A stretch of 64,000 bases of DNA from the human T2T-CHM13v2.0 reference genome, Homo sapiens. The DNA lies in the NCBI RefSeq assembly GCF_009914755.1, contig NC_060935.1. One strand, written 5' to 3'. Made by a program: the position numbers and the translations under genes. Each line of letters starts with the position of its first letter. Within the stretch, counting starts at the first letter, position 1. Below the pieces are notes generated by a model that was given only the letters and a program-made list of their open reading frames with translations, searched no databases and was not told the DNA's origin. Shown piece after piece: positions 14,975 to 29,320 of the stretch.

Positions 14975-15173
<199 letters not shown>

Positions 15174-15620
15174 TTATTTTTTGCTCAGGGACTTGAAGCA
15201 TATCCCTACTAATTTAATTATAGCAAATGTTTTGAATTTTATTCCTATACCCTTGAGGCACATTCCTGGATATTTCTGTGAATATCAAACATTTTATCAA
15301 GAAAGAAACTTCTGATTATTTGCTTTTATATGGAAAAATATGACCTTCCTTATTATGATCTACTTTGCAGTACAGTCTCTTGGGACACATATAATAAGCC
15401 CAGTTAAAGTACCTTGAATTCTTCATAGACTATTATCTACTAAGAATCCATTAGGAATGTATTATTTTCCACAGGTTATGCTAACTCTATTAGTATCATG
15501 TTTTTTCCTTTCTGAGAAATTGAAAGATCTACTCTTCTTCATAGGAAAAACAGGATGCATTTATAATAACAGGAGGTAATATTTAAGCAGGGCTCACACT
15601 ATGACAAGCAATCCTTGAGC

Positions 15621-15623
<3 letters not shown>

Positions 15624-15662
<39 letters not shown>

Positions 15663-15730
15663 CACACATACACAAACATGTATATGTATATTGTGTATGT
15701 GTATTTTTGTGTGTATGTGTATATATATTC
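15624..15730. repeat. (CA)n/(TA)n/(TG)n compound microsatellite
   Basis: Read directly from the sequence. Confidence 0.9.
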
Positions 15731-15967
15731 ATTTAATACTTACTTATGCCAACCTTTAAGAAGTACTACTATTATCACCACTTTAGGGATATAACACAGA
15801 ATATAGGTGATTTGCCTGAGGTTAAAACAGCTAATAAGCATAGGATTCAGATTCAAGCAGCCTCATTCAACATGTATACTTCCTACCACAGACATACTAC
15901 CTTTGAGTTTTATTCCTGCTTTTTTTTTTTAATGCATTACTTTTGTCAGTTCATTTTTCAAAATATC

Positions 15968-16275
15968 GGCCAGGAGCAGTGTCTCCCACCTGTAATCCCA
16001 GCACTTTGGGAGGCCAAGGTGGGAGGATAACTTGAGCCCAGGAGCTCGAGGCCAGTCTAGGCAATGTGGTGAGACCTCATATCTACAAATTTTTTAAAAA
16101 AAATTATCCAGGTGTAGTGGCAGGCAACTGTACTCCCAGCTACTTGGGAGTCTGAGGCAGGAGGATTGCTTAAGCCCAGGAGATGGAGGCTGGAGTCAGC
16201 TGTGTATATGCCACTGCACTCCAACCTGGGCAAAAGAATGAGATGCTGTCTCAAAGAAGTAATAATAAAATAAAA
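15968..16275 (+). mobile_element. AluJ
   Basis: Diverged Alu with the J-type gggaggat..cttgagcccaggag in both arms. Confidence 0.92.
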
Positions 16276-16787
16276 GTAATATGTTTTTTATCATAGAATT
16301 ATTATGTAATAAAGGTAAAAATATTTAAAGCAGCTATGATGATATATGAACTTAATAGACATGAAAAATGCATTTTCTGAGTTTGAGTCTAATGCTAGCA
16401 TAACAGGCAGACTGCATTCTATGTGGTTTACATGATATGTGTTATGATCTATTGGACATGGGTTCTCCCTGGATATGATCTTTCTCATCTGTGTGTAACA
16501 ATTCATGTCGTAATAATATTTCATAATATGTAAAGATTTTATAGGAGTGAATTTAAGATTTATTCAGTGCTTATAAAGTGATATCAACATGTTGCAGCAA
16601 TAAGAGGAAGTAATTCTTTGTTTTGTCCTAATACTTAAGGAAGAAAGCAACAGTAGTGTTTTCAATATAATTTTTGAAAATATTAATATTCTAAATGGTA
16701 CATACTAAGTTCTGATGCTTGATTCAAGGCAAATGCAACATTGTTCATTGTTGTACTGTTTTATAATTAGCATTTCAGAATCTTTGA

Positions 16788-17000
<213 letters not shown>

Positions 17001-19845
17001 TTGACACCTGTTACCCATTAGGGGTGATAACATTAATGGGAAGAAATGATGGCAACTTTGAATGCTAGGTGAAATCTAGGAGGAAGGCATACTTGGCAAA
17101 CCACATGTATAATATGCTACTTGGAAATGTATCACAGCCATCTCTGGGATTTGAAATATCCAGACTTGTAGGGAAGAAAACAATGACTTGACGACCTTAA
17201 AAAGGGTTAGATTGACATTGCAGGAAGCCAGGATGTAATTCTCAGAACCAGTCTCAGGGAGATATATGCTTGGAGAACTCTGCCTTCCATCAACTGCAGT
17301 GTAATGGGAAAGAGGGTGGTGAGGTTTTGAAAGACAGATTTCCATGTAAATGTGCACAAGCCAGGCATGGCTTAAAATATCATGCAGTCTTCACTCACAT
17401 ACTAATTTGACTTTGGAAAGTATGGTTGAGTTCAGATACTTATAAGAAATGACTTAAACAAATCCTTGCCTTGGCTGCCAGAACTCTACATCCCTTCAGT
17501 TTACAGGTTGGTAGGAATTGCCCATGTCTCTTGCTGAGATTATGGATCTGTGCCACAGGGGATTTATGCTGCTTTACATTGACTATGCAGTTGAAGAGTT
17601 GCACATCACCTTTAGTAGTCAAACCAAAAATCTAAGATTCCAAAAAGAACAGCATTCATTGAAATAATATTCCATTGCATTGGCTACTTCAAGTCTCTTT
17701 TACCCCTGGCAGAGCCAGTTGCAGTGCAATTTTTTGTACTAAATGCCAATAAAGCCACATACTTATAAACTATGAATGGCTATTCTTATATAGTTTAGAA
17801 CACAACTAATCCATACTTTATTGTGGAAGGCTGTTTTATAGTATATTTAATTTTTTCTCTATGATTTATTACAACTCTCACGGAATATTAACTTGAAATG
17901 CTGTAAATACGTTGGTTTTCCTTGTCCCTTTGCACCTTGACAGTACGTAGTATACATTGTGGTTTATGCAGCTCTGACACCAGTTTTTGCTATTGTAATA
18001 TGTTTATTCGGGAAAACTGAGGCCAGATGCTCTGCAACACTTACGCTTTTTCAACAATGTGCACTCTTACTCATGAACTAATGAAAATAATGCATGAATA
18101 TAAATCTATATTATTTGCTAAAAAAAGAAAAAACATTTGTGTTTTAGTTTCTTTTTTCATGACTGAAGGGAGTTTTATGTTATTATTTCTTCCATAGTTT
18201 TGTTTTGGTTTATTTTTAACAACGCTCTAGAAACAAAGTCAAATTAATCACAAAAGACATAATTTTGCTTTGTTGTGGAATTTCTATTTCAACGTCAACT
18301 CTGTATCTATGAGTATGTCTGTTCCACAGACAGATGAGGCAGGAGTGATGGGGCACTCAAGAAAGTTCAGAGGAGGCATAAGCTATGGAGGTTGGAAAGG
18401 AAGAAAGAGAAGAGCTGAAGTAAATGTATGGTAGAAATTAAGACGTTTCTTTGCAAAACAAGGAAATCACACATATGCACACATACATATTTATGGTTAC
18501 TATGATTGTTATTATTTGTCCAATCAAGCAAAGCACCATTATTTCTAACATATAAAAGACCAGATCAAACACAATGGAAATAAAGCTACTACATATATAT
18601 GCCAGTATTTCTCTAGTAAGATTATGTTTCTCTTACTAGAAAACTATTTTCTAAATATTAACACTGAAAATGTTTTGTTAGCTTTTCCTTCTTTCTCTCC
18701 AGAAGAAACATGGATAGATGATAGCTGTTTCATTGTTTGTTTTTGTCAAGCATATTCACTTTCCTCCTTGTCCTCTGATTCTGAGCAAAGGGCCTCAGAC
18801 TCTGAACTTCCCTCAAGTGCCGTTGTTATGTGAAACTCTTCCATTCAGATTCCAGAGAGGTTCTCATGCTCCCCCCCTCCTTATTTGTAGCAATCGTAGC
18901 AACTAATTCCACTAAGTACAAGGGAGTTTTTTACACTCCTCCATTTTTATAGCATCTGCATTTCTTTTTCTTTGTTAGGTACATGTATACACCTGCCTGA
19001 GTATAAATACTCTCTCTACCTAATAATAACATCAACCAACATCTTTTCCAAATTAGGGCCACAGAACAGCAACATTTGTCTGACAGTAGTATAAAGAATA
19101 ATGATAGCTCTATCCTTAAGAATTATTTCCTTTCCTTTTTATATAGTCCCGTTAGGGTTTAAAACCATATTGATCAACTAGAAAGAAAAATATGAAAAGA
19201 GAAAAATATTTTAATTTAAAAATTGTAATACATTGATTTATAAAATGCCTTCTCTGATACTTTTGAAACAGATGTGAAAAACAGAAAAAGAAAAAATTGT
19301 CTGAAATGTTTATTTTGCAAAACAGTGCAATAGAATCTAGTTATGCCTTCATCACTGTTGACAGTAAATACTGACAGCCCCTTGCAGTGTGTTAGTTTTA
19401 GATCACTCTGTTTTAGTTGAGAGAAATGTTTTATATCATGGTTTTTATATGAATACAAATTATTTCTCAAAGATTTATAGCACACACTATTCTCAGGAAT
19501 TCTGTATTACATGAATGCTGCTTATATATTTTCATATTCTAACTTGTCTTTTCAAGCAAATAACTAATATATATGTGCATGCAGTCTGCCTTGACAAGTT
19601 GTTCCAAGCTGAAGAGCTTTCACTTTACAATGTGTGGAAAATCACCATAGATCATGGCTGAAATAGTTTGTAATTGTCTGAGTCTGTGCACGTACTTTTA
19701 GATAAAATGCTGCTGAGTGACTGCATGATGAGATACAACTTCTGAATGCTGCACATTCTTCCAAAATGATCCTTAGCACAATCTATTGTATGATGGAATG
19801 AATAGAAAACTTTTTCACTCAATAAATTATTATTTGATATGGTAT
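17001..19845 (+). other. ANO3: ANO3 long 3' UTR (end approximate)
   Basis: AT-rich stretch with no obvious repeats after the stop. AATAAA at 17748, 18579 and 19821; the last is followed by U/GU-rich sequence. Confidence 0.7.
19821..19826 (+). terminator. ANO3: Candidate distal poly(A) signal of ANO3
   Basis: AATAAA with upstream TGTA and downstream T-rich elements (ggtattttcc, ttgcttttt). Confidence 0.65.
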
Positions 19846-22800
19846 TTTCCCTATAATTTGCATGTTAAGTTTAATTCTGCTTGCTTTTTAAATATTAAAT
19901 TGAAATTTGTTTTCTATGGGGAGGGGGTGTTGTTCATTCTTTAACTCTACAAGGCTAGCTTCTTATTCTTGCAGGCCATTACCGTACTCTTAAAAAGGTT
20001 TGACTTTCTTCTGATAAGATCATCATTTTCTTCAAGGCGTTTGCACATTATAAAGTGCTGGTGGGGAATCACACGTATCTAATGCTTTGTACTAGACACA
20101 GATAAGAGAAGAAGCTTGATTAGTTCTTGTGAGAGTTAACAATACTGTCATCACACATAAGCCCTTTCTCTTTTTCACATTTATGCTGGCTCCATCAATC
20201 ACCATCAAAATCTCTTTAAGACCGGAATTTTAGCACAGATACAATGCATGCTAAGGAGGGAGGACATGCAGGAGCACCATAGCCAACTGTCAAAAAGAGG
20301 CTGCCAATTTGCCCATTTTTTTTTAATGATAGTCAAAATGGAAAATCCAGGTGGCCTGCAGAGTTGCTTAACTGATATGGCTTGATTGACTAGCCTGTCA
20401 AATGAGGGCAAGTTAATATAAGCCTAGGGTGTGTGTTGTGTGTGGGTGTGCATACACACACTTGCATCTTGCCATCCTTTGTATAAGAATCAGTGAGCAG
20501 TTACTGTCTTTGAAATATGCCCAACTCAGTCCTACTATAGTGACCAGATATTTCCACTCCATTTCCCCTGAAAATCACGGTATTAAAATGGACTCGGTAT
20601 AGTTCTAGGTTTTATCCAGGGAATCAGTTAACATCTTACCTCATTCCTGGTATTCTTAGTGGCTCAGAGAGAACCTTTTAGGAGTGGCCTGAACAACCCA
20701 GCTTCTGATGAAAAGCCAAACATTTCCCTACAGGCATTTCTATTCCAAATGAAATATGACAACAATACATAGTCCAAAGAAGATATTAATTGGGCTTTAG
20801 CTTGAATCATTGATCAGCCCAGGCTTCTGCTAGCTAGGATTGATACCTTTGTAATGGTGATAAGTTATCTTCAGTTGAATTTGCCATCTGGCTTCATTTG
20901 AAAAAAACATACCCATGATCACATTTGATGGCTTTTTTGTTTTCTAGAGAACACAAATGTTACCCTCACTACATCCTAGCCATGTCCACATTAAGATATC
21001 TTTTTTAGGAAAGTGAAATGAAACAAACAGTTGGTAGAAAAAAGTTTCATATTTGGGACCAGTTCCAATATCTGGTACTATCAAAGTCTACCCTCAAACA
21101 GAAATCTATAACTAAGTCCAGTTTTACTGCTTTATGACTGTATCAGCGTGTGCTTCTGCAAAATTCTCTCTAGAAAAAGCCTCGTTCACGTGCAGCCAGC
21201 CCAAAGTGGAAGTCTTGATTACACTAGACAGTCAGTTATGTGGGCTCTGCTTTACATTTTTCCCTAAGAAGGAAAGAAATGAGATTTTCCGGTATAGACC
21301 TGCATTGACTTCCTCAGAGTGTTTTTTTTTTTTTCATCTTAATTCTCTCTATGTGGTAAAAGCAATGTCTCTGCCCTCTTTGTTTTTCAGAAAGTAACAC
21401 TTCTTATATTATTCGTTGAAAAACAAAACTTTATGAGATCTATTTAGATACTGCTCAAAAAATAATCGCCATGTAGGTGGCTAGCCCCATGTGCTACTCA
21501 AACTGCCTCAGTACCATTACAATCATTTTGAATTGCATGTTGATACATGAAATTCAACCCTACCAGTAAACTCTTCAGGCAAAATTAAGTATCTTTCCAA
21601 CAAGTAATATGAACAGACTTTTCCACTGATCTTTACCCAGCGTATTTTTCTCTCTCTGGTGAGAAAAGAGAGATTGAGTGGCAGAAAAACCGGATGGCCA
21701 AGATAATTGTGGAAGCAATGTTTTGAAGATGATAAAGGCAATTTAGAGTGTTTTCTACCCATGCAAAAATGTCTACTTTACAGATCCTACTTCAGTATCT
21801 GCTATGCACACACCCTGCCTTCTTTCTGGCTGAAAAACAAACCACAGTGTAATTCATCTGTTAACACTCAGAAGAAATGAAGGTTTTTTTTTCTTATCTA
21901 TGTTATGATTTATGAAGCTAAATCTAATAAGCTTTGATTTTGGTGACAACTCTAACCAAAGAATAAACAGCCTATTTTCAGTGTTGAAGATGAAAATACA
22001 CTTAAAAAGATATACAATTTTAAGGATATACAATTTTATCTTCCTAATATGTATGTCCATTGGACTCTATATTGTATTTTTCAAGTAGGAAAGAGCTACT
22101 GGAATTCTATAATTGAAAAAGGAATTGGAGGATGGCCAGAAGAGACAAGAGTGGATTTCTCCAACCATTTTTATTCTCAACAGGAGAAATTATGTTGCAA
22201 CCATATATTTATCCAGATGATTATAAATATTGGTTTTATTACTCCTTTTACTCACTGCAGTTATCCTGAAAATCATAAAAAAATACACTGTGTATTGCTA
22301 TCATTAAATATTCCTTCCAAATTCTTAAATTCTAAAGCCAATTTAAGGAAGCTTTGCTCTGTTGAGATAGACTGAATCAATTTTTAAGAAGGTGACCTAT
22401 TAACATTCTTAAAAGTGGTTAGCACAAAGGTGTATAAACCTTTATGAAGTGTATTCCAAATCAGTCAATAATGTTATCCACAGATTCAGCCTGCTTATAT
22501 TATACTATACTGCAAATAAGTGATTTGAAGGTTGCTCACTTTTTTTTTATATGGCAGTTAAATTAAGACATTAAGTAAAGAATTACACGAAACTACTCTT
22601 AGCCTTTTAAATGTGTCAAAAGCAGATCCTGTAATAGGGATGAGGTGTTCTGAACATCTGTGCACACACTTGCTTTTGCAACTTAGGACACAGGTGAATC
22701 ATTTCTGGAAATTCCTGAGGATAAGGTCCACAAAAGATATCACCATTATTCATTGCTTTTCTTGATTTATAGTAACCCACTTTATTAAGTTACAAACCAT

Positions 22801-24499
22801 CTTGATGTTTATTTCTGTGTGTGTATGTGTCATAACCCATGGGTGAACTAAATATTACAGGCATTATCCAAAACATCATAAAGGAAGTCATGTTATATGA
22901 TATGAAAAACCTTATTTTGGCATATGGTTAGTTGGTCACCTGGTAGACCTGCCTTAATCTATAAGGTTTTAACAAAAGATTTTAGAATAGGTGACTATCT
23001 TCCATTCCATCCCTAACCCTGTAGAAAATATTCACATTGATAATTCCAATGCACTTACATTGGAACTTAATTTAAAAAATTTTTAAATAATTATATATAA
23101 ATTATATACCTATACTTGTTTATAGGCATTTTTCCTAATCTTAACTAGTTGTATAAACAACATTAGATTTAGATGTATTCTAGGATTCTGAAATTAAAAA
23201 GCTGCAAAAGATTTTGAAAATACAAAAATATCACATTAAATGTCCTATCGATGTACTGAAATATCATTATCAATGAACATCTTGCTCCACAGGGTAAGAT
23301 TATTTTTCTAATTTATGATGACAGCCTGACACTTCAAGAAAGGGTCATGTTGTGATTAAGAAGTTACATACTTATGAGCTTAACTCTTTGTCTTCTGAAG
23401 ATGGCTAATATTTGAAACACCAAAGTATAATATTGGAAAAATGGGCTTGTGCATGTTTGTTATTCACATGAGTATTTGCAAATCTACATTGATTTACTCA
23501 GGAGATTGGGGTGGGAGAGGAAACAATGATATTATCTGTTTCCAAGAATTACCAATAAAATCTACCCATTAGTAATTTACTATCAATGACGAGTTACATT
23601 TTATTAGTTTATAAATTTGTATCATTTTCATGTGTACCATTGATGACATCAATTAAATTTTAGTTATTTGAAAATAGGTTATACTACAAGATTATAAATG
23701 CTAGATAAAAGCAGTTAACTCTATAGTAAACCTAGCTAATTTGCAATATTGAGATTAAGTACATGAGACTTGTAAATATACAAATGTGCATGTACATACA
23801 GCTATAACTTCTGTAATAATTTAAAACAATTTATTTCAAAGGGAACAATTAAGGGGAGACTCCTCTATTTTTTCCGTATCTGATCTTTGTAATAATGTTT
23901 GATTAAGACTGTAACAGCACAAAAATATTTCAGTAATATTCTCTTTGAAATACTGTTTGAAAGCCACATGGCCAATGGTTTACTTTTTGTTTCTCTTTAG
24001 AATGAAATGGTGTAACCCTATAAAGCCACAAAATAGTAAAGTTCATTTTTAGCAAATACTATATAAACAAAGGGAAAAGACCCTCCCCACCTTCTGTTGC
24101 TATTTTGAGAGTCATAGTTGCTTTGAACTGTGCAATGAGTAATAAACTTGGGTTGAGATGCTGTTTATTTATCAAGGTTTACATGTACAAAATAATAATA
24201 AATCATAGTAATGAATTGCATCTTTTAGTAATAAACTTGTTTATAACAGTAGTTTTCTCTCTTTTCAGAATTTAGGACCTTTAGAAAAGTTACTCTCTGG
24301 AAAATAATATTTTATTTAAACTCTGGCATTAAAAAAACTACTCTTTGGAAATTTAGGCATGACTTTTAATGTATACATTCTGTTTTTCTTATTATTTCTA
24401 ATTCTCAAAATAGTAACATATATTCTGATCCCACATCTTAAAAATCCTGAAGAGAAATAATGAAACCATTTAAGTTAACATGTACACCATTTTCTTCAT

Positions 24500-24740
24500 A
24501 TACTGCAGACCAAGTATTAAATGTTCCATGTGGGCCAGTCACACTGTGCTAAGCACTTTATATGATTTACTTATATAAATCTTCATAATAATTCTATTAA
24601 GTAGGGGTAATTTTTACTCCTATTAATTGGTGAATAAACTAAGATTTTAAAATATTGCCCAAAATTACCTAGATTTGTGTCAGAACTCGTGTTTGAACCT
24701 AAGCCATTTGACTGCAGTTCCTCACCTCAATCATAAGCTG
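24500..24740 (-). mobile_element. MIR
   Basis: actgtgctaagcactttat..aatcttcataataattctattaagtagg..tttgaacctaag. Confidence 0.7.
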
Positions 24741-25694
24741 TTGTAGTTCTTATTCCAAATGGTGACAAAAAATGTCTGTCATCAAAATGAATTCATTCAG
24801 AATGAGTTAAAGAGGTATTGAGGTAATTCTGTTCCATTTTTACCAATATCTGTGGTTGTGCTTTAAAGGTACAGTGGTGAGTATCAAGTTTGGAACATTT
24901 TAGGCCCCTCTAAAACTCATCATTCCTAGTGCCATTTATTGAGAATGTCTCTGGTCATGCTGTGGCAAAAACAGCCACAAGTTTAACCCTCTTCCATGGT
25001 ATGGATGGAACTTGTCACTGAACTGTCTTTGTACTGCACCAGTGGCCTTGGCATGACTCTGGGCTGCTAATCCTAGTGAGGGCCTGAAAGGAGTGCTGGG
25101 ACTCACTAGCTGAATCTATTGACTGTGCGCTTCATAGTTTCCTTTTGCTTCACCACACAACAAACACGGTTTTCATACACTATGGAAGACAGTTTCCTGT
25201 AGATTCCCATCTGCTCTCTACCTGAAACCCTAGATTTATGCATGTTTGTTCAATTAAGAAGAATGGGGGGAGTCTCTACATTGACCTCTAAAATCTCTTG
25301 AAATGTCATCTCCTAATGCCATAAATTTCATTACACAAGAGAAGGCAGAGATATTTTTATAATAATAATTGCATTTTCCAGTTGTATGACATTTTGATAA
25401 CACTCCAGGTAAGATAATTAGGGACTATAAAAGAAGAAACGTTTTTAAAACTTTCTCGGAAATGTACTGACCTAGTGAAATGTCTTTAGGAGAATTTGTG
25501 AGTAAAATTTGTGAGTAAAATGAAAAATTGTATGGTATATTTTGCTTTTATGCTATCCCAAGTGGAAGTTCACAATCCTGATGTATTCCAAATCATATTT
25601 ACATATATATGTGTACAGATATATATATATGTACATGCATATGTAATACCTACCATTAATTTATTCTCATCCTCAGAATTGCTGTTTTTTTATT

Positions 25695-25753
25695 CTTTCT
25701 GTCTCTCTCTTCCTCTTCCTGTCTTTTTCTTTCTTTCTTTCTTCTTTTCTTTT

Positions 25754-25800
<47 letters not shown>

Positions 25801-25835
25801 CTCTCTCCCTCCCTCTTTCTTTCTCTCTTCTTTCC
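25695..25835. repeat. (TTTC)n / CT-rich tract
   Basis: Read directly; (GAAA)n on the SLC5A12 sense strand. Confidence 0.97.
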
Positions 25836-27627
25836 CTAAGATATTAATAAAGCTAACTAGTTTTGGCTCAGATTTCAATATTCACAAAATATATATTCTA
25901 ATTAATAAGAGTGTCACAAATCATTTGGAAAATAGTTGCACCTCTCAATTTGCAAATCCTTAGATCAACAGCTTAATTAGTGTTGCCAGACTTTAAAAAA
26001 TGTTTCCAAAAATTCTGCTCCTTCTCATTTTCAGATATTTCTCCAAATGTGACCCCTTTTGACCCTTTCCCTCTATTCCCAAATGTATTTTTTTCTCATC
26101 TCTCTTATAAACTGTAGCCTAATACCTTCTTTCTCTTTCTCCATTCTCCTTTTCTATTTGAGTGGAGGGAGAGAAGGCAAGGATTGGGCTCTGTTTTATA
26201 AACTCCAGTTTCTCTGTTTTAATTCCTCCACTGATTTGTCTGTCTTTCTATCTTTTCTAATAATAAATACTGGTAATTTATTTTTTCTCTATTGTATGCT
26301 TCTTTCAAGGCTTTCTCTTTTGAGAAATATTTAAAGACAACCTTTGGATGTCCTTATCCTTGCCTATTTGGACCATTTCTTCTTACTTTGCTAACACACT
26401 GTTTCTAGGCCTTTTGCTTTTATCTGGCCACCAAAATAAATATCTGACACCTGTCCTAATATATGACTCTCAGATACAACTTTGTTTCTTATTATCTGTC
26501 CTCTGACTTGGCCCCTGTGACATACTGGTTCTTTCTTTTACCTTTTCAGAATTTCACTTCTTCACTTCTTCCAAAAATCTTTCACTGCTCCTTCATTTGT
26601 CAACTCGCCTTTTAATCTGCAATACCCTCATTCTCCAGAACTTTAAACATTATTTTCTAGACACGAACTATGAAGTTCTCCACTTCTGTTACCTAATCCA
26701 GGTGGAGTGAGTTGAGCTTGCTCACATGAGTTGAATGAGCAGAGTACAAGTCTTATGGACAATGTATTTTCTCCAAAGAAGAATCCTATTGCTGATGAAA
26801 TCTCCTATGGTCTGTTACAATATTTGCAACGTTCTTTTACCAAATTCTATCCTAACAACCTTCTATAGGACATTCCTTTTCTCTTTCCTTAGCCCTGGAA
26901 AAAGGCTCTAGACTTCTTATTGAGCTCTGAGGCAATTTTTCATTGTAAAGTGATAGAAAGGAAGAAGACATACTGCATGGACAGCACAAAAGGAGCAAAG
27001 TTTTTAGTTATAATCACTCCCACTAGCCAGACATACCATCTTCTTCTGTATTTAGCTGAATTTTTTTTTTAATGTTTGGTCAGGACAGCTAATGACTGGA
27101 ATGACTGGAAGAGGACCTGACAGTGGTGGTGAAGGGAGGTTAATAGTAGTTGTATGCCAATTGTAGCTACAGGATGGGAGATGGGTGGCATAAAATATAT
27201 CTACATGTATGTCAGGTATGAGGTCAGGGGTGGATGTCATTCCTCTATTTTATCCCTCGTGGCAGGAAAGTGTTAAATATGCATATTTCTGTTTCCCATT
27301 CTGCCTCTAAACTCCAAGATATTTTGATGGTTAAAAAACTACTAAAACGAAAAACCTGAAGTTTAATATGACACCAAGCAAAAAGACTTCGCTTTCTTGA
27401 ATGGTAATGAAATCCAGCCCTAATTTATTCAAGAAGGAAGTAGTCAAGGGCATTTGGAGCAGGTTGGCTTTTCTCTGTGAAAGTTGGAGTCTTTCAAAGA
27501 ATATCCCGAGAGACAGTCATTTTGCATGTAGTTATAAATAAGTAGAAATAGGCACCAGACATCCCTGTCTTCTAGCAATGGCAACTATACATATCTACTA
27601 ACAAGTAGGCAAGACGTATGTGGAGTT

Positions 27628-27664
27628 TGTGTGTGTGTGTGTGTATTGCACGTGTGTGTGTGTG
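27628..27664. repeat. Interrupted (TG)n ~20 nt after the SLC5A12 stop codon
   Basis: Read directly from the sequence. Confidence 0.95.
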
Positions 27665-27683
27665 CATTCATACAGGTATTGCC

Positions 27684-27833
27684 TTAGAAATGGGTAGTCT
27701 CAAATGCCATATTGTTGTAGCTTTTGTCCTTAGGATCATAGCCTGGAACATGTACCAGGCTTTCTCTTCTGAGTCCGTTCTGTAAGACAGATTCAGCCCC
27801 CTGTTTCCGGGCACTGCCATTCTCAAGGTTTTC
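27684..27833 (-). CDS. SLC5A12: SMCT2 terminal coding exon (probably exon 15)
   Basis: Minus strand ttccctcag|GAA. ENLENGSARKQGAESVLQNGLRRESLVHVPGYDPKDKSYNNMAFETTHF* (TAA at 27684-86). Ends in a class I PDZ-binding motif T-H-F. Confidence 0.95.
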   Translation of the reverse strand, partial: ENLENGSARKQGAESVLQNGLRRESLVHVPGYDPKDKSYNNMAFETTHF

Positions 27834-28149
27834 CTGAGGGAAATACAAAGACACATATTAGCAAGATATCCTTGATGTACTCCAAATTAACCTGAGAGAA
27901 TCTTGTTTAGGCCTTGGCTTCAAAAAATTATATATATGTACAAAAGAAGCATAAACAACTCTGACCTAAGACATTTTCTAATTGATAACTTTGATAATCC
28001 ATGTAAGGTACTATTTCTAATGATAATAACAGCAAAAAGAACAATTTATTGAGCATTTACAGTATGTCTCGTGTTGCATGAAGAAATTTATATACCTCTC
28101 ATTTAACCCAGCAATCCTGTGAGGTAGTAGTATTACCTTATAAGGAGAA

Positions 28150-29320
28150 ACATACCTGTATCTCATATGGGGATGGCCCCCTTCCTACCTGGGAATAGGA
28201 GAGTCTGCTGATAAAAACAGGGACACCTATGCACAAACTCCCCTGGATGCTGCTCAACATTATTTTTTGGCAAAGGAGCCCAGTAGTGACACAAGGAGTG
28301 TCCCCTCCCTTTCAACTTATCCTTGAGAACAGAAGCTGGCTGCCTGCATTAATTAAGTTTATTATTTATTCCAGGAAATTCTATCTTCCTGAGTCTGCAA
28401 ACCAACAAATAACTTGATCCGTTGCTTCTAGAACTTCCTCAAAATTCATTTATACAAACAATAGGCTGCTTAACCAGCTGCCTTCTCAGCAAAATAAATT
28501 GCTCATCTGGGTAAACAGCCCTTTTCTCAAAAGTATAGATTGTTCAATGAAGCAAACTCCTTGCTTATCAAGCCACTGTTCAATTATCAAAACTGACTTT
28601 AGGACCCTCACCTGGCTATGTTTTCCAATTTTAAATTCTCACAACACAGTTTTGCCCAGTTCCAATAAGAACCCTGAATTGAAAGATCTACCTTAAGTCA
28701 CTTAAGCTCAGAATTCTATACATGTCTGCACCTAACTTCTGTATTCTGAGCCTCTCTGTAAACGTGGTGCTCTTGCCTCCTGCCAAAAGTAATAAACTCA
28801 CCTTTAGGTGATATACATGCTATTCTGCTGTTTTCTGGAGATAAGAGCAATGGACAACTCAGAAATATTTGCCATGATATGGGTTAGGCTTCCCTCTCCT
28901 AAAATCGTAAAAGAATAAAATGTCTGGGACTAAAAGTGAATATAAGTTTAAACTAAAAAGAAAAACACAACAACAACAAAAAATACTCCTGCCCTTAATC
29001 AAGCTGGGAAGACAGACACTGATAAGGTCAGCTGCTGCCAAGGTCTGGCAGTCATCAAATGCTGTAACAACCCTTTGAGTGACCATTGCACTCTTACCAA
29101 TGCTGCCCCAGATAGCTTTGTGGTCATTTTCTGCTTCCCATAGACCCCTTTAAGAATCCTTCAGTGGGAACCCAAACCTTACAAAAGACATGTTCTTCCT
29201 CCCTCTTGTTGAGGGTGGCATTCCCCGATTCCTCTGAAGTACCCCACCTTGCTGCATCAAGTCAGTAAGTCCAATTTTGTCTAACTACAGGCTCTTTCTG
29301 GTGGTCTTTGGCTGATGAAA
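28150..29320 (+). mobile_element. Diverged LTR-like remnants (family uncertain)
   Basis: LTR-type 3' phrases aataaactcaccttt (28791) and ttttgtctaactacagg..ctggtggtctttggctg (29275-29315). Confidence 0.4.

Larger units (their letters stand above)
23580..27683 (-). other. SLC5A12: SLC5A12 3' UTR (distal boundary uncertain)
   Basis: Follows the TAA. Minus-strand AATAAA candidates (plus-strand TTTATT) at 27424, 26277, 24935, 24311 and 23600; the sequence alone cannot show which is used. Confidence 0.45.

Noticed and set aside
25511-25963. 150-aa ORF and the opposing K/E/R-rich ORF
   Set aside because: Open only because the (TTTC)n repeat lacks stop codons.
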